From positions 323,392,001 through 323,456,000 of the forward strand of contig OZ024743.1 of the NCBI GenBank assembly GCA_964016885.1: a stretch of DNA of 64,000 nucleotides. The letters run 5' to 3'. How positions within the stretch are numbered: position 1 is the stretch's first letter; each line of letters starts with the position of its first letter. The position numbers and the translations under genes were made by a program. This document shows, one piece after another, positions 13,090 through 27,039 of the stretch. Under the pieces are notes generated by a model. The model saw nothing but the letters and a program-made list of their open reading frames with translations. It ran no database searches and was not told where the DNA came from. This stretch comes from Eledone cirrhosa (Eukaryota).

Positions 13090-14560
13090 CTGTATGTATG
13101 CCACTCCCTGAAAAATCATACTTGCAGTCATTACTTTCATCCACTGTTGTATCAGAGATGTGTGTGTGTAGCAAGTGACATAAGAATGCAAGGATAACAG
13201 AGAAGATAGAATTTGTATGCAGCAGATACACAGGAGATGTAAACACTAAGAGCACACATGAAATAGATTGCCACAATTGCCTGGTAGGCTCTCCAGAAGT
13301 TGTTGATAGCTTTTGTTATCTCGGTGACCTAATCACTAGTTGGGGAAGATGCTCTGAAAGTGTGGTAACCAGAATAAAAACAGTCTGAAAGAAGTTTAAG
13401 GAGCTAGTATCACTGCTAATAAATGCCTTCTATCTCATAGTGAAGGGTAGACTGTATGATGCCAGTATGTGAATTGTGATGTTACATAGTAGTGGTACAT
13501 GGACCTTGACTGAAAAAAAAAATAGAACACTTGAAAGAAATGAAGTGAGCATGCTCTAATGCAAAGGTTCTTAAAGTGGGCGCTACCACCCCGGGTGGTG
13601 TTGGGAAGGTCCAGGGGGAACTGAGGTCTAAGGGGGCAGTGGGGGAGGAGGTAGAGATGACATAATAGTATATTAAATATCAAATGATACATGTATATAA
13701 ATATAGTAAAACAGTAAAATATATATTTGCGATGCTGCATGGTAGTGAGACATGGGCAGCAACTGCAGAGGATATGCGATGGCTGGAGAGAAATGAGGCA
13801 AGCATGCTCCATTGGATGTGCAATGTCAATGTGCGTGAAACTGTGTCTGAGAGGGATAAATTGCGGGAGAGGAGACTGCGGTGGTATGGACTTGTGATGC
13901 GCATGGAGGATGACCGATGGGAGAAGTGCCAAGAAATGTCAGTTGAAGGAAGACGTAGTAGAGGAAGACCACGAAAAACATGGGCGGAGGTGTTGAGAAC
14001 AGACCTCAGATCGCTGAAGCTCATGGTGGAGATGACAAAGACCGTGACAAGTGGAGAGATGCTGTGCTGAATAGGACCCGTTCCACCCTTGCAAGCAGAG
14101 AAAAGTGGACATATATTATTTATTATATATAAATTTTTATTTATTATATATTATTTACAATTTGCATGTAGGCAGGTCTTTCTGGAAATAGGGGTGGGGG
14201 CGCTGAGGGTATTATGTGGCCGTGAGGGGGGCAGTGGCCCAAAAAGTTTGAGAATCGCTGCTCTAGTGGATGTGTAATGTTAGTGTGCATAAATGATGTA
14301 GCATAAGTGAGCTGAGAGAGAAACTATGTAAGAGAGGTCTGATGCAGTGTGGCAGAGAGATGACTGTGGTGGTATAGACAGGTGATGCATACAGAAGATG
14401 ACAACTTTATAAAGAAATGTGCTGAAATCTCAGTGGATGATATATATATAAGAGGTAGACGGAGGAAGACATTGGATGAAGTAGTGAAGACTAACCTTAG
14501 GAAACAGAATCTCATGACAAATATGACAAAGGTATGTGAGAACTGGCAACAACTCTACTC
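13090..14560 (+). mobile_element. Decayed RTE fragment interrupted by a hAT MITE
   Basis: RTE-like sequence on both sides of 13562-14260; boundaries approximate. Confidence 0.7.
13562..14260. mobile_element. hAT (Charlie-like) MITE with an RTE fragment nested at about 13728-14110
   Basis: Termini caaaggttcttaaa and tttgagaatcgctg; 8-bp TSD ctctaatg/ctctagtg. Confidence 0.75.
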
Positions 14561-15595
14561 TCTCAGCCCTGTCAAACCCCACCACACACACACTTCCCAC
14601 CCTCACATCACCCTGTCAAACCCCACCAACATACCTGCTTCCCACCCTTTCATCATCCTGTAAAATCCCACTACACCTACAAACTACTCCCATCCCAACC
14701 ACGTTTTCATCACCGTCGAACCCCACCACACCTAGAAATGAGTACCACCCCAATCTACCAAGCTCTCATCATCTTGTCGAACCCCACCATGCCTAAAAAT
14801 AAGTACCACCTCAACCTACCATGTTCTCATCCCCTTATTGAACCCCACCACACCTAGAAACTAGTCCACTACACAACCCAGAATCACCACCACCCCTCCC
14901 CAACACACCTGTCTTACACCCTCACCTCTCTCCCATATCACCACTTAACCCCCTCTCCAACATTGAACCTTCCCACCCTGCACCCCCTCCTCCCAAATAT
15001 GGTACATAGAGTCCTCCAGTCAAGTCCCCAATTGACATCCTCTCTAGTTCTGGTGCCATGAAAAATGCACACAGTACACCCTGTTAGGTGGTTGGTGATA
15101 GGAAGGATATCCAGCTGTAGAAATCAAGCCAAAAAAGAGTTGAAAAGACTCTTGTTGTGACAAGAGCATGACAACCTTTCTAGCGTTGGTGGTCAACAGT
15201 ATAAACACTGTTCATGTAAAGTGTTAGTGATAGGAAGGACATCCATATGTAGAAAACCTACTAAACAAAGGGTCATGAGGCCTCTTCAGCTGCACCAGAT
15301 ACCCTCCCTAGTGCTGGTGTCATGGTAAAATTAACTCAATAGAATGCCAAAATATATAAAAGTGAAATGAGAGCTTCCAATCTGTTTGAGCACTTGGTAG
15401 AGTGCAGGAACATATGGAAGCAAGGTGTAGGCCCCACAGCCCGTCTGAGAAATCAGTAGCAGCTCTTGAGTCATGTCCAACCTGATGACATGTCCAACCC
15501 TTGCTAGCAAGGAGAACAGACATGATGACGGTGACAATATACAATACATAATTTATAAAATATACAGAACATGGACGTAAACGATGAAAACAATG

Positions 15596-15633
<38 letters not shown>

Positions 15634-16479
15634 GTGTATATACATAACACATAATATATAAATATATACATATATATATATATATTATATTATATTATAT
15701 TAAGGTAGGCAGCTACTACCTTGTACATTTTCCAGAAGAATCTCATAAGAAGTTTCAAGTGAAGCAGGAGTAAATCTGCTGGAAAGTTCCACCTATGACA
15801 GCAGGTTGGTTGATGTGTCACTTTGCAGTTATGTATTCTATTTGTTGTATTTCAGTTTATGTTAGCTACATGTTTGGTATTAAACTTCAACAAGTAGAAT
15901 TACACCATGGCAGTAAGGGAGATCAACATTGAGTTGGTTGAGTTTTATGCCTGTACCTTCACTAAAATGCTTCCTTTTGTGTTTGGTACATGGCACACTA
16001 TGTACTAGTTCAGGTTACTCTAATGGGAAGAGAGAACAGGGTAGGCTCTACACAAACTCCACTTAAATTCTTTGTGCAGATTATTCAGTAACAACACCAA
16101 GTTTGGTTTTTTGCTTCTCATCAAACACCTGTGAAGTCAAGGTGAATGGAACAGGTGAAGTATGTTGCTAGAGGATTCCAGTCTGAATTTTGCACACAGA
16201 TGACTGATGGTTGATTTAATTTCATTTTTCATTTCACATCCACTTTCCATGCTGGCATAGATTGGACTTTTTAAAATAATTTTTTTTATAAGTATGGGAA
16301 AATACATAATTTATGTCCTTTGTAAATGGCAAACTAGACCTGTTTAGAATACCACTGCTTTCCCTACTCATTTAGGTGTGGGGTGATAAAAGGAGACCTA
16401 AAATAAAAGCTTACTTATTCATGTTATTCATACCTATCAATAGCTACAGTTGACTGGTCATACACTTTGCAGATCAAAA

Positions 16480-17110
16480 ACTAGTGTAAGAAAAACTTAA
16501 ATATTGTGTGCTGGAATGTGCAACTTTTGGGATAATGAAAATAATCCAGAAAAAAAACATCAATAGTTGCTCAATTTCTATCATCCCAGAATATTGACAG
16601 TCACTTAGTTGGCAGAAAATAGAACTCTGAAAAAGGTAGGTAGTGGATTGGAAAAACAGAAAGTGAAAATCATCAAGTTGGAGAAGGTTTTGCTATAAGA
16701 TCTGAGATTGCAATGAGTCTGGGTTCCTTACCAATTGGTGTGCCAGACTCATGACACTAAAGATTCAAATCCAGAAGGGTAACTGTGCAACATTGATTTT
16801 TACCATATATGTTCTTACAAAGAGCACATGAGGCAAAGTAAAGGAATCCTTTTACTTTGATCCTGGAAAAACTATTTGCCAGATACCATACCACGATATG
16901 ATTGCACTTTTAGGAGACTTTAGCACTCAAGTTAGATCAGAAAATCTAGTTTGGTCTGAGATCATTGGTAAAGACAGTGTTGGCAAGATAAATTCAAATG
17001 GGTTGCTACTTTTCTTTGTAATGAGTTTTAACTATCCAACATTAATACTATGTTTTAACAAAAAGACAATTATAAAACAACATCACACTTGGTCAAAATA
17101 TGTTCACATG
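16480..17110 (+). mobile_element. Old LINE AP-endonuclease remnant
   Basis: LNIVCWNV, GFAI, LLGDFS and NSNGLLL remnants. Confidence 0.6.
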
Positions 17111-17224
17111 CATGACAGAAAAAAGGGAATTTACCAAAAGTAAAAACAGAATTAAGGAAAATTTGAAACAGAAATTGTGTCCCCCCTACATTTTGTACTA
17201 ATTCAGATATCCCACTTACTAAAA

Positions 17225-17566
17225 TCATCATTTTCATCATTTCATTTTACGTCCACTTTTCCCTGCTTGCAAGGGTGGGACGGGAACTGATTCTGGCTTG
17301 ATTTCTACAGCTGGATGCCCTTCCTAACACCAACCTCATTTACAGTGAGTGCTGGGTGCTTTTTTGCCGTGCCACCTACACGACCACTTTGCAGTGGAAT
17401 GATAGGGACCCCAGTCCCCATCATCTCATTTCTACAGCTGAGTAAACTGGAGCAATGTGAAATAAAGTGTCTTGCTCAAGGAAACAACACATCACCCGGT
17501 CTGAGAATTGAACTCACAATCTTTCGATTGCAAGGCCAATGCTCTAACCACTAAGCCATGTGCCTC
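17225..17566 (-). mobile_element. SINE with tRNA head and RTE-derived tail
   Basis: A/B boxes tggcttagtggtt and gagttcaattc; tail matches the RTE 3' UTR; near-identical copy at 60368-60705. Confidence 0.8.
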
Positions 17567-17699
17567 AAATACGCGTATTAATTTTGATGGGAAAATAATA
17601 AATAATAACCTGTATTGCAGATTAGCATTATAACTGGTGGAAACCATGGCCCCTCCTCTAATCTCACTTTTGACCCACTGTGTCTCTTCTCCAGTATGT

Positions 17700-18180
17700 A
17701 TTGACTCTTTTGAATCCTTGAGTTTGAGACCCTAGTTTACAGCATCACATATGGTCAGAATAGTTCTGTCCACCCTCTAAGACTGAGACTGGACCATATA
17801 CAGGTTCAAACTGGGAAGGGTGGGACAGTTCCATATAAACTGCCTCAGGAAGATCTGCAATGTAATCTAAAAGGACAAGATCTCCAACACCAAGATCCTG
17901 CAATGATACAGTACCACCTGCATCATGTCCATAATCATGCAAGTACAACCATCCTGGGCCACACATGTCATGTAAAAGCAATGCACATATACTGAAGCTG
18001 GACAATGGACACCAGTCACAGAGTGAACTGCTCTCAAAGCTACCCTGAAGTCATGTTGGATTGATCCAACAATATGGGAAGCAGAACAGCAACCTAACAC
18101 GATGACAGAACAGCTGTCACAAAAATCACTGGTAACTTAGAGAGGGATTGATCATCTACTTGGTGACACCATGCTGCCAC
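17700..18180 (+). mobile_element. Old RTE-like C-terminal remnant
   Basis: CLRKI and QDKISNTKIL-like remnants. Confidence 0.5.
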
Positions 18181-18189
18181 TGCCAATAC

Positions 18190-19065
18190 CACCACCACTA
18201 TCACCATCACACATACACAGCATCAGTAGATCTGTCCTTGTCAATACACATCACCCCCACCACCACCATCATCATCATCATCTCATACACAGCATCAGTG
18301 CATCTGTCATTATCACCACTGACATCATCACATACACAGCATTTTCAGATCTGTCACCATCACCATAATAACCACCATCATCATCACCACATACACAGCA
18401 TCTTCAGATCTGTCACCATCACCATAATAACCACCATCATCATCACCACATACACAGCATCTTCAGATCTGTCACCATCACCATAATAACCACCATCATC
18501 ATCACCACATACACAGCATCTTCAGATCTGTCACCATCACCATAATAACCACCATCATCATCACCACATACACAGCATCTTCAGATCTGTCACCATCACC
18601 ATAATAACCACCATCATCATCACCACATACACAGCATCTTCAGATCTGTCACCATCACCATAATAACCACCATCATCATCACCACATACACAGCATCAGT
18701 ACATGTTATTACCACCATCGTCATCACCACAACAATCATCGTACACAGCATCCGTAGATCTGTTATCACCACTACCATCATTATCACCACATACACATAC
18801 ACAGCATCAGTACATGTCATCATCACCACCATCACCACACATCATTATCATCATCATCCCAGCATCAGTAGATCTGTTATCACCACTACCATCATCATCA
18901 CCGTCATACACAGCATCAGCAAATTTGTCATCTTCACCACCACACACCCACACACAGCATCAGTAGACCTGTCATCATCCTCACCATCACCACTATCACC
19001 ACCATTAGCACCATACACACAGCATCAGCAGATTTGTCATCATACACAGCATCAGTATATCTGTC
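18190..19065. repeat. 59-bp CAT/CAC-rich minisatellite; perfect core about 18330-18700, degenerate flanks
   Basis: atacacagca recurs at 18391, 18450 and onward with period 59. Confidence 0.9.
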
Positions 19066-19579
19066 CTAGATGTAACAAACATAAGTGATCAAATATTTCC
19101 AAATTACATAAATCTGGAACCCTCACTGGTCAAGCCTTGCAGCAATACTGAAGGACTGTCTGAAGAAGTGTTTGGTAGATAGAAATTTTTGTGTCTAGAT
19201 GGCTATCTGACCTGGACCAAAGTCAGTTATACCATGACAGAATGCAGTGTGCATGAGGTTGCTACAAATATCAATCGCATCTTTACTTTGGCCTTTAACA
19301 GAGAAGAAAATTATATCGCCTGGGGTGATTTCAATTCCAAAGTATTGTTTTTAATTTAATAAAATCTACACAAGAAATTACAACCCCCACCCCCGAAACA
19401 CACAAACAAAACAAATGGGGGAAGAACAACAAAAACAATTCAATTAATTATATTAGTAATAGATAGGTGAGAGAAATTAAGTCCACTTCTGCCAGAGATA
19501 AGTTTTGGTCTTATCTTAGCTGAAATTGAGACAGCTTCTTGGAGAATTAGAAGAATAAACAAACAAACAAACAATCAAA

Positions 19580-19610
<31 letters not shown>

Positions 19611-20034
19611 AAATAAATAAATATACACTGTAATAAAGTTCATTATTAATTAGAGATTAAATTATTTCATGTCTTAAGTTTATGTATCTAATTACATGTA
19701 TAAAAATATTACTTTTATTTTACTGGATGTGCAGAAATTGCTACAGTATATATTTTTATGATATATATTCCATTATACATGGAATATGTATATAAAGGGT
19801 TATTCAATACATCTTTTTAGATTATACATTCAAATTTGATTTTTGCTTAGTTATTAGTTTTTTTCTAGTTTAATAGACAGAAGCAGGTAAGTACAAAGCT
19901 GGTAATAGTCCCAGGCCAGATGTGAAATGTAGGCCCCATTTCAAACTAAGTATTTTAGTAATTTCAAACTAAGTATTTTAGCTAAATAACATGATTTATC
20001 TGTGGGTTACAAGTATGTACATATACATGTAAAG

Positions 20035-20543
20035 CGGGGTTTCCCAACCTGGACGATATCGCCCACAGGTAGGTGATTTAAATGGTTGAGTGGACGATGA
20101 GCAACTGAACAGAAAATAATGGGCAATGACATAATAGTATTAACCAATCCAGCCAAAACTGGCCCCAATTCTATGAAACAAAAATTACCCATTTTAAAGG
20201 TTTCCAGTGTAAATTAAAATCTTCCAGCATAATTTTATATAAGAACCTTACATTAGGTTACTATTTTAGTCATGAAATAATAATTTTAGTAAATCCCTCA
20301 AAATCCTTCATTAATTAATTGAAACAGAGTGTATTTCATTAGAAATTTGATCATGAAAGGGTTAAGAAACTATTTCAACATAAGCTACCCAAAAAAACAA
20401 ATATTCAAAGAACGTGTATAAAAAAAACAAGAGGCTATATAGGAATAACAAACCAGTAACAAACTTTTACTAAACATTTTTTTGGTATGCTTTTGAATAT
20501 TTACTAAAGTAGGCTATGACACAAAAGAGGTTGGGAACCCCTG
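20035..20543. mobile_element. hAT (Charlie-like) MITE
   Basis: TIRs cggggtttcccaacct and aggttgggaacccctg; imperfect 8-bp TSD atgtaaag/atgtagtg. Confidence 0.7.
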
Positions 20544-20938
20544 ATGTAGTGTATACAATGTACTTACTAGTAACAGAATAGAATAAAAGAACTAGAACTT
20601 AAGACAAATACTCCTACACCTTTTCAAAAACATAGGCCTATTCCAATTGACCCATAGGTCTCTCTTTTCTGCCCTGGTTGGGACAGAAAAGATATATATG
20701 GAACAGGTTACACTGGAAGTTTTGAACCTCAACTCCAAAACAAAAGAAATGAAAAAGATTAAATATTTTGATATAACCACATATATAAAGGAAAAAGGAG
20801 TGATAGAGAGAGAGTATCAAACAGGGGAGAGTAAAAAGGGGAAAAGGGGGGAAAATGGGGGAAAGTGAAAAGGGGGAAAGTAAACAGAGAAAAGAGGAAA
20901 ATGGATAAATGAAAAGGGGAGAAAATTATGATTTGCAC

Positions 20939-21599
20939 CAACGTTCTCTCTAAGGTGTGTGGGTGCATGGATATGCAGTCTCTTTTGTACTGGTGCAGCA
21001 CACATCAAATGTCACACACACATCGAAATCTTGCCACTGAGTAGCTTTTGGGAATATCGCACACATCAAAATATTGCTGCAAAATAACTTTTTGGAAAGT
21101 CTCGCACATCAAAATAATGTTGCAAAGTAACTTTTTGGAAAGTCGCGCACATCAAAATAATGTTGCAAAATAGCTTTTTGGAAAGTCGCGCACATCAAAA
21201 TAATGTTGCAAAATAGCTTTTTGGAAAGTCTCGCACATCAAAATAATGTTGCAAAGTAACTTTTTGGAAAGTCTCGCACATCAAAATAATGTTGCAAAGT
21301 ATCTTTTTGGAAAGTCGCGCACATCAAAATAATGTTGCAAAGTATCTTTTTGGAAAGTCTCGCACATCAAAATAATGTTGCAAAGTAACTTTTTGGAAAG
21401 TCGCGCATATCAAAATATTGCTGCAAAATAGCTTTTTGGAATGTTACTGCACACAGCAAAATATTGCTATGTAGTAGCTTTTTGGAATGTTGTCGCACAC
21501 ATCAAAATATTGCTGCAAAGTAGCTTTGAGTATAAAATATTTTTGCTGAAAGCATCAAAATTTCCACAGAGTGGCTAGGAAAAATTAGAGAGAACGTTG
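20939..21599. mobile_element. MITE with perfect 15-bp TIRs and an internal 43-bp minisatellite
   Basis: caacgttctctctaa / ttagagagaacgttg; about 12 copies of a 43-bp unit inside; TSD not clear. Confidence 0.7.
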
Positions 21600-23704
21600 A
21601 TTCAAAGCAATAATTGCTTTTGAAAGGGGCAATAAGCACAAATGAGAAGATAAATATTCGAAGACGTTTTCAAGAATTGTTTTATTTGTTACAGAATATT
21701 TCACAGAAACGGTTTCTCTGATGAAAATCAGATATCAATGGAGCGAATATTTTTTTCTAGATTAAATATTCAAGCAAATTAGGTTACCTTCCTCCCAAAG
21801 TAATATTTTTATTCTAATTCTGTCTAAATAAATATTTATTTCTAAATGCATAAAAAAAAGTTAATTTATTTCAGAGACAATATGATTTTTTTTTTTTTTT
21901 ATAAGTGATTCTGTTCATAATTTCAGCTATTAATTTAAATAATATCCTCTTCCATTTAATAATGAACCAGTTCATTGAAAACTGTTGTAATGGTCTGCGA
22001 ATTGTACAGAAATGATTTTAAATAAATATAATATAAAATGTTAATTAATCCTGATTGCAATAAATTAATTATATTCATTAGTTTAAATGAGTATTTTTTA
22101 TGTGATTTATTAAAAAGGAAAATAATTGTTAAATAATGATGGCAAGAAATTGATTTTCATAAAACAATTTTCTACGGAAAGCTTTCTCTAATATTTTGTT
22201 TGTTCTGCTCATCTTTTATTGTCAATTTTGTTCCACTGAGAGTTAACTACAAAGATCATTAACAGTTATAACAATATCACAGATAAGCAAATAACAACTG
22301 TGGATATTTTATACGTAAAATTTAGTATAACAAAGATGTTTTTGAAGCATTTAATTTGGTTTCTATACAAATTAAATATCACAGGGTTTGTTAAATTAAA
22401 TAAGCCATACTTCACTTGATACTGCTTGCCCCTGAGAATATTGTCAATATCTGGAGACTAATATACCTAATAACAATTTCAAACTTATTCATTTAACATT
22501 TTGCAAATAACATCATTTGTTTTGTTTATCATCTAAAATCATTTTTATGCATTTAACTGGATTCAATAGATTAAGCAAGCTAATAAAATATGCTTCATTT
22601 TATATCACTCGTCAGAATTTAATTATCTGGAGACTAATACATTAATATATCTAATAGTAATATCAAACTTTTCTTCACTTAATATTTTGTAAATGACATT
22701 GTTTTGTTTCTTGTCTAAAACCATTTTTACAAAAGTATGCTGTTGCAGACCATTTGTGAAAAATATCAATTTTCTAAAGAATACATGATTAATTTGAAAT
22801 GCTATAATACATTTTTTTAAATACAATGTCACATTGATTGTGAAATAAGACCAATGTTAAAAGCATACAAAGTAATAATATTCTTATAAAAAAAACTTAT
22901 GATCTTAAAATATCTAATTAGGATTTAACTGAAACCAAAATTAAATGATTAAATATGCAAAAGTATAGAAAGTAACGTTATGTAAAAACAAGTTGAATTT
23001 AAAAATTAATTCAATGGTTTATAATTGATAAACTATTTAAATAATAAACAGTTTCTTAAATTAAAAAGTACCTTGATTAACAGATAAAGAATGAAAATAG
23101 CAAAAAGCAAAGAGGCAAGGATGAAAGTAACAAAACAAAATTAAAGTGTTCCAAGAAAGAGGAATACCATTTGAAATTAAAATTCTAATTTTGACATTAA
23201 ATACTAAGAGCTACAAATTTAGTATTCTAATTGTGTTTTTATAAGCACATGATTGCTTTTTTTCTTTTTAAATAATGAATTCGAATTCTAACTAAAATTT
23301 GAAACCAATATACTTACAAAAGTTTTAGATTATTCATGGACTTAAGGTGACTAAAAGCATTGCATTATTAATCGACCCCATTTTGAAACATTTTTCTTGA
23401 GGAAATTCAAAATAAACTTTAAAGACAGTTAGTAAGATTGTTCATAGGATGTTAACATTATTTGAGGATACATTTAGAATACATTTTACCATTTGAAGAA
23501 TATATCACAAATAAATAGAGTTATCATATTCTATACTCTAACAAGTGGGTATCAATTCAATAAAACTATTCTCAATGCTGGAAATCTAAAACTGTTCAGG
23601 AAACTGAATCAGAAAAATGTTCACAAAGGGGAAGCAAAAGGTTTCAATGATAAAAATAAATTAAAAACAAAGGTAAACTCTGATAGATATAAGGAGAAAG
23701 GTAA

Positions 23705-23843
23705 CTAAATGTTATCTTCATCTTCTACCTCATCAACACCAGCAGATACAGCTTCTGTGTGGTAGGCCACAGCTTCATGTTTGGCCAAGATTCTCAATAG
23801 TGAACGAAGTTTTAACCACCATTGTTCTTTAGGGATACGCTTC
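23705..23843 (-). CDS. PFK: PFK terminal coding exon KRIPKEQWWLKLRSLLRILAKHEAVAYHTEAVSAGVDEVEDEDNI*
   Basis: AG acceptor; RIPKEQWWLKLR motif of the animal PFK C-terminus; TAG stop at 23705-23707. Confidence 0.96.
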
Positions 23844-25103
23844 CTAGAATGGGAGAAAAGATGAAAAAAAAAGAAAAGTATTGGTAAAATAACAATTTAA
23901 AAGTTTAATAATACAGTAAAAACAACTAAAGATAATATTTCCTACTTAAATTTTGAAAAGATTAACAAAATACATTTTCAGTATTTTTGTTTCTTGATAT
24001 TTTTTCACAAAATCATTGCTATATCTAAATTTTCAAAGTCACTATTTTTTTTATTTCTATATAAGTTTAATATAAAATTCAGTTCAGTGATATCTAATCA
24101 TGTGTAGTCCTTATTGAAACTATATAATTACTGAGTTTGTCTCTATAATGTTCTGAATTTAATTCATATCCAAAACAAGACTCAACCCAGCCCTATTAAA
24201 ATAATTACCAGACATATACTAATCATCATCCTCATCATCATCATTTTAACGCCTGCTTTCCCTGCTAGCAAGGGTTGGATGGGTCTACATAAATCAAGTC
24301 AGTACTGAAGCAGTGCTATTGAGCTCCCAGTTAGGCTGAGGTGTCTGCATCTTGCCTACATATGGTCATACATTTTATTGAGTGCACAGGATGGGCTGTC
24401 GTGTCTTTGACACAAACTGAGGGTCCTCCCAACTCTTTGTTTGGCAAGCTTTCTACAGCTGGATGCCCTTCCTAACACCAAGCACTCTACAGCACATACT
24501 GGGTATGTTTATCGTGTACATCAACACTAAAGGGAGTGTTATATCCATGACAGCTAAAGAGTCCTCTCAACCCTTTATTTGACAAGTTTTCTACATAGAT
24601 GCCATTCCTAACAACAACAACCACTTTAAAACTGATGTTGCTATAAATGACAATACTCTTCCCTTACAAACATGTACCACATTTTATATCCATTTTCTGA
24701 AGATTTGAGATAGGTTTCACAAACTTGGATGCTTGTATACTGTTCAAATAATAGTTTTGAATACTGTTGAAATAATTGTCCTTTCTAGCACTACCTAAGT
24801 ATGTAGTGAATAGAATCTTGTTTGTTAGTCAGATAAGCTGAGTTATGTATCTTACCAAGATCAAATCATAATAGCTGTATCAAGTTTTCAACAAAGACCA
24901 AATAGTTAGATGTTTGTTCCATTCATTTTACAACCAATGTATAATTTTGTAGATATAGAAACTCACAAATATATTAATAATAATAATAATGAAATATTGT
25001 GTACAGTAGTGCTCAGGTGCACTACAACTCATCAAAAAGTGTATGTATAGTACATAGGGTAATGTACAAACATCAGGAAAATGAACATATTGTAAACACT
25101 TAC

Positions 25104-25209
25104 TCAAAGTTAGAAAACTGAGTTAATTCCATAACTGGAGTGAAGCATAAATGACGTTTCTGCATACCAAGGAGTGTAGCAGTTTCAAGTTGGGAAGTAA
25201 AGACAGTTC
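25104..25209 (-). CDS. PFK: PFK exon (G)TVFTSQLETATLLGMQKRHLCFTPVMELTQFSNF(E)
   Basis: ttgcag acceptor, gtaag donor, 106 bp, phases match. Confidence 0.93.
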
Positions 25210-25686
25210 CTGCAAAGAAAAATAAATTGAAATAAGAAAAGTATAGCATAAGTTAAACAAGTTCTCTTCATTACAGTTTTCTTCTTTTCTTATTGATCAA
25301 ATCTAACTTATTAAATGTATTCATCAATACACAACCAAAACTGAATAAAATAAGCCCTACATTGCTTTCATTAAAGACAATTCCACAAAATTGACATCAT
25401 CATCATTTTTACATCAACATTTCCTTGCTAGCATAGCTTGGATGGGACTTTTTGAGGCAATATTTTACAGCCAAATGTCCTTCCCTACATCAGCCCTTTT
25501 AGTCCCTTTTTACAACATACAAGGATATGGTGTATCTATTGTTAACTGGATACACATGGCAATAATGTTAATATAAAATATTTACTTCAGTAAGTTTTAG
25601 TTTAAAATCACAGTTTAAGAAATTAAATTAGCTTCTCAAAATTTAATTATTTCATTAAAATAATAGAATCGTTAACAACAACATAC

Positions 25687-25901
25687 CATCAGAGCGAGTG
25701 TGTTCCTCAACTTGTGCAATTAGATGGTCAATAGCTTTGGCAGCCATTTTTGTACCAAAATTTCTATCAAATGGTGTTGGAACACCGCCTTGCTGCATAT
25801 GACCCAAAACATTTTTGCGAGTTGTAAATACACCTTTTCCTTCTTCTGAGAATAATTGGTAGATGAAATCTGTAGTATAGTTAGAGTTAGCATTCTCATT
25901 C
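25687..25901 (-). CDS. PFK: PFK exon [71 protein letters not shown]
   Basis: AG/GT boundaries, 215 bp; [15 protein letters not shown] motif. Confidence 0.97.
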
Positions 25902-26643
25902 CTTCAAATATAAGAAGAAAAAAATTTTGTTTAAATATGCAGGATATTCAATTCAAATTCTTTGGAAAATTAGAAATTCAGGAAAATATTTTTTTATATT
26001 TTAACTGTGAAAAAATATTTTTCTTCATTCAAATACTTAAAATAGCCACAATATATAGAAATAATTTCAGTCCTACCATACATTAAAAATAAAGCAAATT
26101 CTATTGCTAGCAATATTTAAGTAACTTAGTAACATAGATTGGCAAAAGATAAATGAAATGGTATTTAATTTTGCCCTACTATGCAATAATTTCAGCTACC
26201 AGATTCAACATAGCAATTTATCCTTTTGTGGTTGATGAAATACTACCAAAGTTTATATAGCAGACCCGATTTGGTTCTATACCTACCAACTATTTACAAA
26301 TAGAATAAAAATGGGTTGACGAGTTGTTCCATTGTGATACAAGCCAGGTCGGGTGACTATACAGAACTGACTTTAGCTTAGTTTCTACGGCTGGGTGTCC
26401 TTCCTAATGTCAACCACATTTACAGTGAGTACTGGGTGTTTTTTGTCATGACACCTACACAACCACTTTACAGTGTGGGCTGAGCGCTTTTTGTCATGCC
26501 ACCAACATGACTACAGTGTGGACTGGGCGCTTTTTGTCCTGCCACCAACAAGACTACTTTACAGTATGGACTGGGTGCTTCTTGTCATGACACCCACCTA
26601 CACTAAATATTATTAAATAAAACAATTAGAAAAATACTGATAC

Positions 26644-26708
26644 CTCAAAATCAAACCTCTTTGCACTCCAATCTCTTTAATCTTATTCTTTAAATGGAAT
26701 ACATCATT
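26644..26708 (-). CDS. PFK: PFK exon NDVFHLKNKIKEIGVQRGLIL(R)
   Basis: ttttcag acceptor, gtatc donor, 65 bp; RGLxLR motif, phases match both neighbours. Confidence 0.92.
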
Positions 26709-27039
26709 CTGAAAATATATGTATAATAAAATGAGGTAAACATTTACAGTGTTGGAAGTTATGATGCTCATAACTTCAGACGTTTCTAAAGGATAATTGT
26801 GACATCAGTAAAACTGTTTTGTTTGAGAATAAAAAACACATTGTATGATGTTTGTGTACAATTATCACATTGTATGGTATTTGTGTACAAAGTGTTTATT
26901 GCAGAGTAGCAAAATATTGACATTAAATGTAGAGGGTGAGCTGCTGTGATAGATGTGTAATGTGAAATATGGGCATTAGATGTGGAGAGTGAGCTGTTCA
27001 GATAGATGTGTAACATGAAACATGAATGAACAATGGAAC

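Noticed and set aside
18148-18966. His/Thr/Ser-rich ORFs
   Set aside because: The 59-bp unit is not a multiple of three; repeat-derived.
19198-19360. Short frame ending in GDFNS
   Set aside because: A single AP-endonuclease-like motif; too little to call a gene or element.
26776-26816. Minus-strand CUGAUGU...GAAACGUC hammerhead-like string
   Set aside because: Core A9 is altered, stem II does not pair and stem I is weak; at best a dead relic.
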